Assembly (NCBI GenBank): GCA_000708835.1
Contig: DF237089.1
Span: 62,001-126,000 of the forward strand
Length of the DNA: 64,000 bases
Reading direction: 5' to 3'
Origin: Klebsormidium nitens
Lineage: Eukaryota; Plantae; Klebsormidiophyceae
Part shown: positions 40,501 to 53,652 of the stretch, in pieces
How the letters are laid out: every line of letters starts with the position of its first letter
Position numbering within the stretch: the first letter of the stretch is position 1
Position numbers and translations under genes: made by a program
Notes under the pieces: model-generated
What the model saw: the letters and a program-made list of their open reading frames with translations, nothing else
Database searches by the model: none
What the model was told of the DNA's origin: nothing

Positions 40501-41815
40501 TGTCCGGAGCTCCTATCTCAGCTTCTGATCTGGATTGTTTTTCTCGGGGCTTCGACTTGTGCCCCGGACCTTTTGGCGCTACCCAGGGCTTCCAACCTTG
40601 CACACTCATCCTCATTGCAGCATCTACATTGCCGGCACCGAGGAAGGGGCCTTGCACGCGTGCTCGTGTTCGTACAGCGAGCAGTACCTGCGGACGTACG
40701 TTGGCCACACGGGGCCCGTGTACCAAGCCCACTGGTCGCCCTTCGCACCCAACCTGTTCTTAACCGCCAGCGACGACTGGACCATCCGGCTGTGGGCGGA
40801 AGACCAAGTAAGGCGCGCGCAGCTGCGAGAAGTGTTCAAGCCGTAAGGCGTTAATTGGGACTGGATATCTTCGCTTAATTTTATTATATTATTATTATTT
40901 CATAGGCCCAGTGCAAGCCTTGTAATTTATTTCGCATAAGAGAATAAAAATGTCCCAAGGAAAAAACATGGGAAGCAAAGAGCCTGGGATGATTTTAAGA
41001 GCTTTGATGCTTTCCCACGTCGCACTATCCGAGTCAAATTATGTCCCGGATTCTGCAGTCGGTTGAAAACGAAATCTCAAAAGCCTGGGGGTCTTGATAC
41101 GAAGAGGTAGAAGTAATCTGAAAAGCTCTCTCGCTGATCATCGCCAAGGGATCCCTTGCAGGAGACGCCGCTTTTGGTCTTCCAAACGGGTACGCACTAC
41201 GTAAGCGACGTCCAGTGGTCACCCACAAACTCCACCATATTCGCAACCGCGAACGGCGAAGGCAAGCTGGAGGTGAGATTAACATCTCGTTCCGTTTGTC
41301 TCGTTTAGCGGTGACTGTCTGGGAGAAAGTTTTGCCTGAACCACTCTCCTGAAGTCGCATAGAGAAGACGCGTGCATAGTCATTGCATAGTCATGTGATT
41401 TCAGAATCGAGCTCGTCAAAGCAAGAGCAGAAGTAAGCTTTACTTCGATCCAACCAAAAAATAAAAGGACTATCCTTGGTGATGCCGACACCAGCTAATC
41501 TTTCCCCACGCTTCCTTCCAACAACATGAAAGTTGCTTCAAAACGAAGTGAACTACGTCACAATTCTGAAAGCATTTGCTTATGCAGATCTGGGACCTGG
41601 CTGCCTCCGTGATCAAGCCCGTTTTGTCGCACAGCGTCCTGGCCAGTACTCTTTCCACCGTCCTGTTTGCGGAGGACGCGCCCATAGTATTGGCAGGCGA
41701 CAGTAATGGCGGGGTTAGCGTGTTCAAGGTCACCGGGTTAGAACCAGTAGACGACCTCACGCGCGAGGAGCAGAGGGCGAGGCTGGAAGCGTGCGTGGGC
41801 AAGAAAAAGCCGTAG
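34573..41815 (+). CDS. DNAI4: Axonemal inner-arm dynein I1/f intermediate chain (WDR78/DNAI4, IC138-like)
   Basis: Exons give VVDASGRDVTPKPL, IRLRLRESPTVCLLHLP, SWELYDAF, LQVMERALAQNVFHTKLIEYR, LLWEFS..GRQVSGMTWNK..DMLAVGYGQFEFEKQRGGLIAFWSLKNPQFPE, HTEPVWKLKWV, LVSISTDGRVTQW, GMCFDFSPADP, YIAGTEEGALHACSCSYSEQYLRTYVGHTGPVY, and WSPFAPNLFLTASDDWTIRLW. The WDR78 assignment rests on the DVTPxPL and SWELYD motifs. The start is tentative. Confidence 0.87.
36644..36684 (+). repeat. Duplicated 17-mer GAGGTAAGACACTTGTC (period 24) containing a splice donor
   Basis: Copies at 36644-36660 and 36668-36684, with GT donors at 36647 and 36671. Confidence 0.92.
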
Positions 41816-42950
41816 TTACCTGCAAAAAAAGTAAACCTGTTGCTGGGCTTAGCAACACGTGCTTGAGTCATGCACGCTAAAACCGTCGAGATGAGTCTAG
41901 TTAAGCGTAGGACTGGGAAGTGTGGGACTGCTGAGTTTATTAATGTGCGGTGCACTGTGCCTACAAGTTTGACCCTTGTGTATCATACATGGATCCATCT
42001 GTCCGGACATCAATCGTTGAGGCGCCGGACTCAGCTCTGTGTACGGTACATCGCGGTCAATCTCCGAATGAATGATGCGCTGTGAATCGGTTCAAGAACT
42101 TAGGCGTTCATCTCCCGATCGTGACTCGCTGCTTATAGTGTATAGCATTAGTATATACTACCTTTGCTTGGTGGCTCAGGTACTGCAATATGGTAAGTTG
42201 ACAAATCACTTACTAAGTAGGTATGCGGCCACCGTGTGATCCATATCTTCAGGTCTCCCTTCGATCTGCAACCTGATGCTAAGGACACTAAACTATCCGA
42301 TAAGTACGTCTGATCTTCCGGCTAGCTATGCATGGAACAGTGTTGAAGGAGAGGCAACGATAGCAAAAATGCAAATCCGAGCAGCTCTTATATCACAACT
42401 ATCGAGCACCCACTCGAGCGTGTCTGTACGTGGTCACTCCTGTTCGATGGCTAAACTGCCACGCTGCCTTGAGAGGTAAAGTGCTGTTCTCGTGCCACCC
42501 TGAAGTACTGTCTACACGCGTCAATTTGACTACTACAATGCACAACCTTTATTTACAGCTGGGCCTTCCGTCGGTCCTACCTCAATTTCTCCAAGTATAA
42601 GCAATCACCTGGCGAGCATCTGGTCTGATACCGTCATTCGCCCTATACTTGTCGCTCATTATCTCAACAGTGTCTAAATAAAGCTAAATCCTGTCAATGT
42701 ACTCCCCACGGGGCCTTGCTAATCAGAAACAAGGTACCTATCAATGCTAACAAACCTTTGACAACCTGCATAATCAAAGCCCAATCGTCAATCGTATACA
42801 GCTATGGCCACCATGTGATGGCTCTGACAACAGGGGCGTCAGATTTTCGTTCGGCGCGTCCCCTTGGAAGCTGCGATGCAGCGCTAAGCATACCCGCTAA
42901 CACTTGGTCTCGTCTCAAATTAGCCCCAAATTCGACGACTCCTGTGCGGC

Positions 42951-45900
42951 TTAGAACCCGTCCAGGTGTCGTTCAGCCGCCTTGACGCACGAATCTTGCT
43001 CGATGGCGCGCACGGGATCTTCGGCGGTCAGCGGGTCGGAGACCGCTTCATCGCCCATCTTCGGCACGCACATGACGTCAGGAGCGATGCCGATCTTGTC
43101 AATGGCGTGGTACGCGGGGGAGAGGTACTTGGCAACGGTGACGAACATGGCGGACCCGTCCTCGAGCTCAAACACGCTCTGCGCAGCGGGTTCAATAGAA
43201 AAGTCAAGCGGCCTCGAAACCTGTAATTCTTGGTGAAAGTGCATACCAAGCGCTGTTCTACTTTGTTTCCACTCAGCTCAATTAGAAGGTTCAGCTTTCT
43301 ATTACGGCTTTCTACGCAAATCTGCAGTAAAATCAGGCAACTGAGCTGGAACAGGTTGAAATCGGCATACTGCAAGTCGCATCCGCAGAAGTCGGCCCGC
43401 TACAACTCAACGCAAAGCGCTCGTTCAAATGATTTCAGGGTCACAACTCAATAGACAACCTACCCTTCCGAGCAGCGACAGCAACCTTGGGGGCAGACCA
43501 CAATCGGGGTGAGCTCCCGGGGGCGACAAGAAAGATCCCAAAAAAACGGGTGTCCAGAAGCAAACCCGGCCCAAAGAATCGCCCCCCCCTCACCTGGATC
43601 CTGCCCTTGCCAAACGTCTGCTGGCCCACCAGAGCCGCGCGCGCGTTGTCCTTCAGCGCCCCCGCCAGGATCTCGCTCGCGCTCGCGCTGTTGTTGTTGA
43701 CCAGGACGACCAGGGGGTCTTTGGTGAGCGGCCGCGCGGCCGCGGTTTCGATGGGCGACGTCTCGCCGGCCCGGTTGATGGTGTGCACGATCGTACGCGG
43801 GATGAGGCTCCCGTCCAGCCACATGTCGGCCACGTCGAGCCCCGCGCGGACGAGGCCCCCCGGGTTGTCGCGCAAGTCCAGGATGTACTCGTCGGCGCCT
43901 TGCTCCTGGGATCACCGAAGAAAGACCAGTCAGTATACTGGCTCCGGGCATGGTCGGAAAAAGCGGGCTCATGCTTTGGAATACAGCAAAGCGGAGGAGG
44001 CCGACACTTTCTCTTTGTCACAAAGTCGGGACAAAGCGGTTGGAGAAACCATTCCCCTGCTGTCACGTGGAGAGCGGAGTGGCACATACAAATGGCGCAG
44101 ATGGCAGAAGGAGCCAAACCAAGGAACAACCTTGAATCAGAAGAAACTGGCAGCGCTTGAGAAATCAGCTGCTACATTTGGCAACTAGGAGCGAGGAAGT
44201 CCCGAGCGGACAGGAAACGGAAGGTACCTCCATTTTGTCGATGGCTTGGTGCATGTCTGCAGAGGCATTTTGGCTGAAGGACGAGAGCTTGATGTAGGCG
44301 GGGTGAACCAGCTGGCCGTCCCGTTGCAGATGGGGGGGAAGCATCGTTGCAAACACGGGCGAGAAGACAATCGTCTCGCGGAGCAGCTGCGTCTCAATGT
44401 CCTGCGGTGAGCAATTGTGGATGGCATGAGGGCAACTCAGCGAAAGGAGTTAACACCTGATGTAAAATTCGACGAATGTTCGACGCTTGCAGGGGTGCGA
44501 GGCGACATGAGAGTAGTGGGTGACTGTAGGCCAGAAGTTCTGAACAGCCTCAGTTATTCTATCCTACGGGCTTCCAGAGCTGACGAGGAGACTTCAAAGA
44601 GCGATGCGAGATGACTCTGGCACTGACTCAAATGCAAGAGGGTCACTTGCGATAGCGACGCGCTCAGGAAACATGCCCACCTGTTCCGTTTCTCCCCCCT
44701 GCCTCCTGATCGTGATCCGCACAGTAGTCCCAGCCTTGCCCCGCAGCTTCTGGGCGACCTCCTCCCCCTTCACCCCAGAGAGGGCCAGCCCATCCACCTT
44801 CACCAGCTGGTCGCCCTTGCGGATGCCCGCACGCGCCGCGGGGCCACCCTCGACTGGGGACAGCACGACCTGGCACAGAAAGGCCGTGGGGGAGTGAGAC
44901 AGGGCACAAGCGCAAAGTCAACACTAAGAACGATGACAATACTGTTCCAGCACTGATTATGTTGACGAAACGGCTGAGCTATTTAGCAGTGCCCTCTGGA
45001 AGGTAAGTGGTGCTAAAGAGCCATCACCTAGATAGAAGGACAGAAGGGCCGCTCCCTCTCGTCACAGATTGTGCTCTGCTTTTGGCATGCAATTCACATC
45101 TCAGACAGACAAGTGAACGCCACTGCACCGGCTCAGATTACTTTCTGTCCTCGATCTTTGCACCCATCAGGAGGCAACAGCCCAATGTCACCTTCACCAA
45201 GCTCTTTTGACGCGATTTCCGAAGGCACCCTACACGGCAATGGAGCATTTCTCGTCATCTACAGCAAAGGTTGCTTACCACGCTGCCAGTTGATGGATCC
45301 GAGGCAATCATGAGCCCCACTCCCTCCAGCGAACCGTCGTTGCTGATACGGAACGACTCGTACTCCTGCACATGCAATTTCTTTTCAGAAGAAGCCTTCA
45401 CTAAGATATTTCGGAGGTCGATAGGGATTCACTGTCAGCTAGCACAGGTCTTAAACAGGCTTGCTTGAGTTTACTAACATTTGCCTCCTGCTAACAAGCC
45501 CCTCAACCAGGAAGACGCCACAATCTCAAGCGGCCCATAATTCTGCACGCGGGACACCTCAAGATCCTGCACAAAAGAGATTCAGCAGGGGCCTGGCTGC
45601 CTGACAGAGAGCTAACATCCTGAGCGATGCAGTTAGCGCTCACCTTTGGAGTCGCAAAGCGAGTGAAAGGGTCACCCAGGTTTCCTAGCATGGCTTTGAT
45701 GCCCGCATAGGCACTATCGGTTGTTGCTGCAGTCCCAACGTGAGCCATTGTCTTCCGAAGCAGACTATCCCAATCTGTGGTGAGAGTGTTGATGTTTACT
45801 GATCTTCCTCATACATTTCTCGGAGCTTCCGAGATCTTTTGCACTTGTAATTTCTGAGGTCAATGTTGTGACACAGCAGCAGACACCTCAGAAAGTTTAG

Positions 45901-47072
45901 TGGGCCCAACCGTGTGCGCGCATGCTCACAAGGGACCCCAGTTGACAGGAAAAACCAAGCTTCTTGTTAGGGGCTTCCAATTCCTGACCACCTTGCGCGC
46001 TTCTAGGCACTGCCCTTAATTCGTATCAGAGGTGCTGAGAAGAGCATACCCACCTGCGTGGTTCAACTCTGGATCCACAAATAGGTTCTTGGCAATGCTC
46101 CAGGCCTCCACCACAGTCATTTGAATGTCGGAAGCCTGTGATGGGACGTGCGATTTATCATTAAGAGAGACACAATACTCTGCCATGTGCACACGAACAT
46201 GCTTCTAGGTGACACAGTCGATGCGTGCCTTGAAGGGTCGCTTGACAGGTCTCATCTATGATCTACCATCTGGTTTGACCGAAGATCTGAGCACCGTGAC
46301 CAGCTCAGTCGGTTACAGAACTCTGGACTAATGATAGGCTGCAGCATAAGTTTCTGAGGTCAAAGAGCAATCTAGTAAGGCCCTTGGAGATCTTGGCTGC
46401 TATGGTTCTGGGATGATTGTGTACTCTTAAAGACTTGATGCCATCCTTCAGTTGAGCCAATCTTCCAACAGAAATGTGTGCAAAAGTGAAGCTTCTCTTG
46501 GAGTATCTTGCAGCCTGAACTTCAGGCACTAATGGTTAAGGATGCACTTGATCATTCAGCACAAGCAATCGTGTGAGCTGCTCTATCGAGATGCAAAACC
46601 TTACCGGGGAAGTCTTGCCCTCCAGTATTTCAGCTCTTGGCGTCACTGCATCTGCCTGACCCATTGGCACCAGAGTTAGGGCCAAAGCAGCAGCAGATCC
46701 AACAACAGCCTTTCCCACAACTTGCCTGACAGCTGTCAGACACTCCTGCCAGCTGTTGGCGTCAGATTGCTGCTGGTTATGATGGTCAGTCTTCTTACAT
46801 TGCACTTTAAGCTTTGGAAGTTGCTGCGGACTTGCAGTGATTCGTGTGACTTCATTTGAGAACCGTGTGTTCTGAGAAGACTTTAAATAAGTTCTATTGA
46901 GCCTGAAGCGTTGGGCCGATTGCAAAGTTCGCCCATGTGAGCTCAACTTGAAAGTCAGCCTGCTGCAACTCAGAACTGCTGGCCTGGAGCTGAGAAGAGC
47001 CCTAGGTGGTGATGAGATGGAAGATCTGCCAAGATTTGGTGGACTTGCTACCTTCGCTAATGCAAAAGCCAT
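42951..47072 (-). CDS. CTPA3: Carboxyl-terminal processing peptidase (S41A, PDZ), thylakoid lumen, CtpA3-like
   Basis: Ser/Arg-rich transit peptide plus hydrophobic lumen signal ending GQADA. Then AMLGNLGDPFTRF, PDZ (VVLSPVEGGPAARAGIRKGDQL), YIKLSSFSQNAS, YILDLRDNPGGLV, catalytic SASASEILAGAL and TFGKGRIQ. The tail DGSAMFVTVAKYLSP..IGIAPDVMC..EQDSCVKAAE resembles plant CtpA3 rather than CtpA1/2 as I recall them. Confidence 0.92.
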
Positions 47073-47640
47073 GTCAGAGGAGCCTTCTGTCTACCCGAAG
47101 ACCAGTTGTCTAAGAGCTGATCCTCCAGATGAATAGCGCAGGTATGGGCTCTGCCTGCAAAAGGTGCTACCCTTTGCAAGCTGCCCCCTCCTTCTGATGT
47201 CTCCTCAATTGGTCTGGATTACCTCTAGGCCTTTGCATAGAGCTACAACTTGCAGATCAGCTAGGACAGCTCCTTCTTGCCTGCTGATTCTGTCACTGCT
47301 TTTGAATCTAGATCAGAGCAAGCTTCACGATAAAAATCTCTAAAGGAACTATCTGGATGCCCTATTCTTCGTGCTATTCTTTGCAGGGTGCTCAGCTCGC
47401 CATCCTCCTGCCAAAGACCCTGTGTTTTGACAGTTGACTGACCAATCGTGACCTTCTTTTCTTGCCCTTTACTCTGCCAAAGAGACAAACGTCCTTCTCT
47501 AGAAAGCGCCGCCAGCACTAGCTGGTTTGAACAGCAATGGAAGTGCCCGCCAATCTCCTGCGCAACCGCTTTGATCTGCTGGCACCCACTGTAACAAACT
47601 GCTGTCACAAGAGGCCCTCACATAGACTCGCGCGCAATGA

Positions 47641-47791
47641 ACCAATCAGCGGGCCGCAAGTCAAAATCACATGGTCCACGCGGGTCTGTCAGACATCTCA
47701 ATGATTGTCATCTGCATCGGTCTGATTCGGCATATCACTTCAGTTGCGTGTTTCGATTGGTTCGAAGGCGCCTTATGACGTCATTTCCCGC
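47641..47791. promoter_or_regulatory. Candidate bidirectional promoter elements between CTPA3 and the SHIPPO-repeat gene
   Basis: AACCAATCA (CCAAT at 47642), reverse CGATTGGTT (ATTGG at 47756), palindromic ATGACGTCAT (47775-47784), and overlapping TTTCCCGC (E2F-type, 47784-47791). Motif matches only. Confidence 0.4.
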
Positions 47792-48328
47792 GCGGCGAGT
47801 GACCATTCGTCTCAGAACGCGCGCGCAGCAGACTGTTCCGCGGCCAAAATCCATTCAGCGCGGCACAGTCGTAGAATTCACCTCGCGGCCTGAGGGAGCA
47901 CGCCAACTCTAAAAGTTGCTACTGTATACCATAATACCGGGATTCTGATATGCAGTGCACCGAAGTTAGTGACACTGCCAATTTCCACACCAGATTGGCA
48001 AGTCACTTATATGTTTAATTCTGATGCAGTGGCGCCGTTTTCCAGCCATTCATTGCTGCTTTAACACTCCATCAGCACCACCTTCTTTCTATCAGGGAAT
48101 TTTTGGAACGAGCCATTGTCTTCAGCATCCTTGGCATATCCCTCACAGGCTGGCCGTATGCCAAGTCACGGTTGCCTTCTTGTTGTAAACCACTCTTCAA
48201 TCCAGTACAAGCATCCCGATAAGACCCTCCATAGGTCTCAACTTCTAACATGACATAGGGATTGGCACAAGGGCTTCGACATTAATTAGACAAGCACCAG
48301 ATCGTCGAGATAGCCTACCAAATGCATT

Positions 48329-51300
48329 ATGGACACTCATTCAGAAGACGCTGTAGTAGAGGGTTCTGGGCACTATGCAAACGAAGCATTTGAAGGGGAT
48401 GAGAAACACGAAGCACCCAGCACGGGGCCAGGCAATGCTGTCACATCGGAGAGCAAGTCAGAAGCAGAAGAAGCCGGAGTTGTAAGGAGTTTGAAAGACG
48501 GGCAAACTTCGACATTCTCGCGAGCAAAGCCTGAGGAAACGATGGAACAGACAAATGCTGACTCTGCCGAGACCCGGCACGAAGACGGCGAGCCATCAAC
48601 GTCGATGGAAGCATCTAGTAAACTGGGAACCGAGGAAGAAGTCGGGGCAGGCTACAAAGACAAGACTGGTGCAATTGGAGCATTAGAATTAAGAACAAAG
48701 AAAGTCACGCTGATGGATGGGGACCCGGCAGAGGTCAGGCCTGGGGAGGGTGCGGGAGCCAGGGATGGAGGAGGGCCACAAGCGGGACGCTTTGGAAACG
48801 GAGTGTATGCGCGGGAGGAATATGTGAGCATGCTAGCGATCAGTCCGACTTTGAATGCTGGGGCAGGGTCATCAGATTCGGCAGTGCCGTTCCTCAGGCA
48901 GCTGTTTACCAATTGGATTCACAGGGACTGGGCCGGATCAACCAGCGCTGACCACGAAAGAATGGCACTCAACCAGGCACTGTCGAAGTCCGTTGATGAA
49001 GAGTGCTTGCTTCGAGTGTAGCTGTCCTCTTTCCTCTACGTGAGTCCGTTGAGAGCAGGTATAAGTTGTTGCAGATTGTATTGGCTCGTCTTGGAGCTGG
49101 ATAGCTAATCCGGCGGCCATCCATACCGTTTTCCTTTTTCCTTTTAAGGAGACAGTAAGAGGTCAAGCAATCTGCTTATCAAGCTGCACCGCACAGCGTG
49201 TAAACAAGCCTAGCCAACGGTCCTTTACAATCAATCCTTCCAATATATATATATTGGCTCAATGACTTTCTGAATTCTGTGATCCAACCTGGACGCGTTG
49301 AGAAAGCGTGAACATGCTCTAAACAATTGTCAATCATGTTATAGAATTTGGCCCTTGCAGAGTCCCCCAGGACACGTGGACAGGCCACTCGCGTCGCCTA
49401 CCGGCAGCACCGGGAGAGGGACTGCTTTTAAGACTGGAAAGCGGAAGGACCTGAGCAAAAGCATGCAGCGGAGCCAGTTTGGAAAGATGGTGAGGCATCA
49501 AAAGGAAGAGCTCATGAAAAGAGCCTTGAAAGCAAGCGCAGTCCATCAGGAAAATAACGTTTCAACTTTTTAGACCTCTGTAAATATGCATGGGAGAAAT
49601 TTCTGCAGGAGCCCATCTTAATAGGATTAACCTGTTGGTGCTGAGGCTTCTTTAAGCAACACACTATAAGTTCAAACCGCTGTACAAGAGTACAGAAAGC
49701 TCTCGCATGTCCAGATCAGAACGAAAATGAAAGTCAAGGGACTTTCATTCCTGAATGGTGCTGAAATTTCCCTTCAAAAGCTTACATGCTGTGTTCCGAG
49801 CCATCTCTGTGACTATCTTGTCCGATCCTCTATTCGTACCTTTTCAGGTCGACTCCATCAAACAGTCTGCACCCTCGATAGCGTTTGGGAGTGCCGACCG
49901 CTTCTCTCACGGCAGCATAGGCTATGTACCGAGCGGAGAGGGGGTTCCGGGGCCCGGCTGTTACGAGACCGTCAAGGACCTCGGAAAGTAAGGCGTCGTA
50001 CGTGGCAATCTATCATTCGGATTGCTAAGCAAGAGCGTCTTAGAGTTCTGCTGCAAAGTTGCTGGTATCAAGGGGAAACATCGGTCTAGCGCAGAAACTC
50101 GCCCTTTGTGCAATCAAGGTTGACGTAAGGCTCACCGGATTGAGGGGCAGTAACGTGAGAGAGGACCAGTAATTTTGGCGGCCGGACAAGAACCGGGCTT
50201 ACTGTGCCTATGATAACTACGTCAAGCGGAGGGCAAAGGGACATCCGCTACAAAAACAAGGGGGCATGTTTGTGAACTAGTCTGCTGATCTTATGCGCAG
50301 GGACATGGGCTCGTCCGAGCACAGTCACCATCCCGCGTACCACTTCGGACATGACGAGCGCTTCAAGGGGCCGGGCACTAGCAGCCTCGTCAGGGTGAGC
50401 TCCATCGCAAAAGTCGGTTTCTTCCTACTGTGCAAACGCGTTGCTTTTGTCGTCCAACGACCACTTGCAACTCGACCAGGATCACGAAAGAAGGTCACGG
50501 CTACAAACGAACAACGGCTGCCAGGGCTCCTGCCAAGACTCAGCTGATCTGTGCTTAGAAGTGCGAGACGAGCTCTGCGCACTTCTCGTGACACAGAGCG
50601 AGCATGGATGATGAAAGAGCACCAATGAGTATCTAGCAACAAAGGGATCCCTTTTCCGCTTCAGATGCCGGACCCCGGCAAGTACGACATCCCGCCGTCA
50701 ATCGGGCGACAGACGCTGTCGACCAAGGAGAGCGCGTCGCCCAAGTCGTTCGTCAAGGCGACGCGCAGCGTCAAAGTGTCCATCGGGAAGGGCTTTGAGG
50801 AGGATATGTACGGCCTGGATGCGCCGGGCCCGGGCACGTACCCCACCAAGTCAGGCTTCGGAACGCAGGCACGTGGCTGCACCCGCCTCTTTTGATTGCG
50901 ACAACACACAATACTTGCTCTTTACAGCTTACCTTTTCACGAGCATGTAATCGGACATTTAGAACCATCTGCAAGGAAGGAGTACTCAAAGGAAGGAGTC
51001 AATCTACACGACGAGAAGATTTTCCTGTAAGAACGCCGGGAACTTGGGCTGGAGAGTGGGCAACCAGGTCGACAAAACGATTCCGCTGAAGAAGGTCAAA
51101 CGGTTGGACTTGCTGAGACTACAGCCAAAGAAAAAATCAAGCCCTCTATTCCAGCACTTGAAGCCGAGCTGAAAGCGCGTCCTCGCCAGAGAAACCGCCA
51201 TCCTCATCCGTTAAATGCACGTGTCAGAATCTGATTGTGCGCTGCATTTTGCAGGCTGCTTCTGAAAAGTCGACTTCGCCAAACTTCGGCTTCGGAACCA

Positions 51301-52667
51301 ACGCCAGAGCGGTGAGCTTCTGAGCACCTATACAGAGACCCCGACACTTGCGGGTTACGAGCGCGCCCCCCACAGATTGAATAATTGGATTGCAAACGTC
51401 TGTTCAGGATCTTGATTCGCGAAACTTTCTACTTAGCCTGACGCCAGTCCCATGTCTGATATCGCGTGACCGCTCGCCGCTTGTCTGCTTCCAGTAACAT
51501 GGTCAAGGCGCGGACTCATTGATATTAACCCTTCAGTATTTTTTTTTTGGTAAATGAAGGCGCTCTTGTCTTTCTGCAAAGTATCTGGCCGAATCAACGA
51601 GTCGTTTGTATGATTGATATACACCGACTCTGACGCGAAGCCAAATGCCTTCTTGAATACCTTCTAATCTGGTCAAACGCGAGGTATGTTGGGAACAACA
51701 AAAATTTGACCATGAACATCGTTAAGCGCTCTAGGCCGTCAATCACGTGAGCGCTGCTCCACTCTTGACGCCTCAATGACCTTTGATCAGGATACTTCTC
51801 CTACTTGCAGGTTGGTGGAGGCCGGAGCCTGGAAGAGCGGAAGGCCTCCGAGCTTCCCGGCCCTGGGGAGTACGTCACCGTGTCTGCTGTGGGGCCTCAG
51901 GTGGAGTCCTCCCGGCCGTCTAAACCGGCCTTCCCCTTCGGCAGCGCGGGCCGGAACAGCGGAACTGGAAAGACCGCGGCTCCCGGCCCGGGCGCTTATA
52001 AGAACGAGAAATCCGGGTTTGGGGCCCAGCTGACGTCGCCCAAGCGGAGCATGCCCGCCGTGTCCTTCACGAGCGCGAGCAGGTTTCCCAGGTGGGTTGA
52101 CGGCTACCTGTGGCGGTTAAGGATGACTCGAGATTCGTTCTGCTCTGGGTTCAGATTTCCGGGAGACTTGCAGGATATAGAGGAACCAAAAAACGTTTCT
52201 GCGGAGAAGCGCCGAATGACTTTACAAAATCTGCACAGTTTCAAAGCCTTGGACTTTATCGGCCCACAGCGAAAGATTGTTTGAAGTGCCCCGCATACGA
52301 AAATGTCTGTCATTGAAATCCCTCTTTGATTGAGAGTAAACGAATTTTCATGATGTTGTTAAGGGAAGCCACCTGAAGAATCAGATATTTTGAGGAACAA
52401 AGTGAAGACCTCTGGGTCATGCCTGCTTCTGCCAGAGGTCCAAAAAGAGGCTGTCGATCTTCAACCATCCATTTGTTTCTCTGCTCTCAAGCCTTCGTGG
52501 TTTGCGTATGAGATTTTCAATTAGTACGAGGATGTCAATCAGGTCAAGCCAGGTTTGCTACATTGGGACGTATCAGCCGGTACGGTAGACTGGCGACAAG
52601 AAGCTTTGCACTGCCTTGCAGGTCCGCCCTCGAGAAGACGCCTGGTCCCGGCTCCTACTGCAATTGA
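48329..52667 (+). CDS. Sperm-tail PG-rich (SHIPPO/STPG, ODF3/CIMAP1-like) repeat protein
   Basis: Spliced exons carry repeated [P/A]GPGxY motifs (VPGPGCY, MPDPGKY, APGPGTY, LPGPGEY, APGPGAY, TPGPGSY), each followed by G-x-Q..S..S.P..xFG spacers (KQSAPSIAFGSADRF, KSTSPNFGFGT, RPSKPAFPFGS). The last exon 52622-52667 ends KTPGPGSYCN*. Confidence 0.85.
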
Positions 52668-53652
52668 TCAAGAATACGAAGTAGGACGGAACGGAAAAGC
52701 AAAGCGTTTTCCCGGGATAGTGGGTGGCAACTGCTGTTGAAAAGCTCTCCGGACTCGAAACGATGCACAATCTGCATGAGTGACCCAACTTTGACTTGAA
52801 TACGACGTCGGGTATGCGAAGGCGCCCTTTAGGAAATCGTCAATCAAGTGCATCATCTTCGGAATCACTTCTTTAAGTGGTGTGCATGCATTTCCGAGCT
52901 GGCAACAAATTTTGCTTTGGTCGTTAACCAAGCCACGGCGGCATTCTATATGAGCCGGACTATTTGGCAAATCGTGCCGCATCTTTCCCTCCGATCCCTT
53001 TCGAGAACGAATGATCTTAAACGTGCAGTCAGCTCGTTAGTCGTGCTGCAGAAAGTAACCTAGTCTTCAAATTAAGTTGACTTGGCATTCAAGCGTAGGT
53101 ACTCCGTAAGCATTCGAAAGATAATGTGTGTAGGCCGTAATGTATCCCGTGCGCGCTTATAACGAGGCCACCCCGGTCGAGTTCACGTGTGCTACTAAAT
53201 AAGCAGACAGAAAGGTGCTGGTGATGGTTACTATCCCAATTTGGAAAGGTTCTGGCCATGAAAATATAAGCGGACTCATTGCAGGCTTGCTAAAAGTGCG
53301 TGTCGGATGCGAACTCATCGAAACAAAAGTGGTGGAGCAGCGCCCTGACACATGGCGCCCGCTCACGGTAGAGAATAGAGGTGATCATGTTTCCGTAAAG
53401 AACGTGCTCCTAGTCTGCTAATAAGTGCCGCACCTTTATACCTATGTCAGTGTATTCTGTCCTACTCAACTCGTTGTATACATGTTTTTGGGATCCATCC
53501 ACTGCAACAGGACGTTGCGCAGGCTCCCAGTCCTGTCATGAAAGCTTCGCTCAATAAACCGCTGTTGTTTTGCTTGAATAGCTCACACAGCTCACTACTA
53601 CTTTGACTACTCTTGGGCTTCTTGCTACTTTTGACGTCGTTCAGTGCCGCTT

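Noticed and set aside
47261-47608. 115-aa minus-strand ORF upstream of CTPA3
   Set aside because: GTG start, no recognisable domain or GC-rich codon pattern; probably UTR or promoter sequence.
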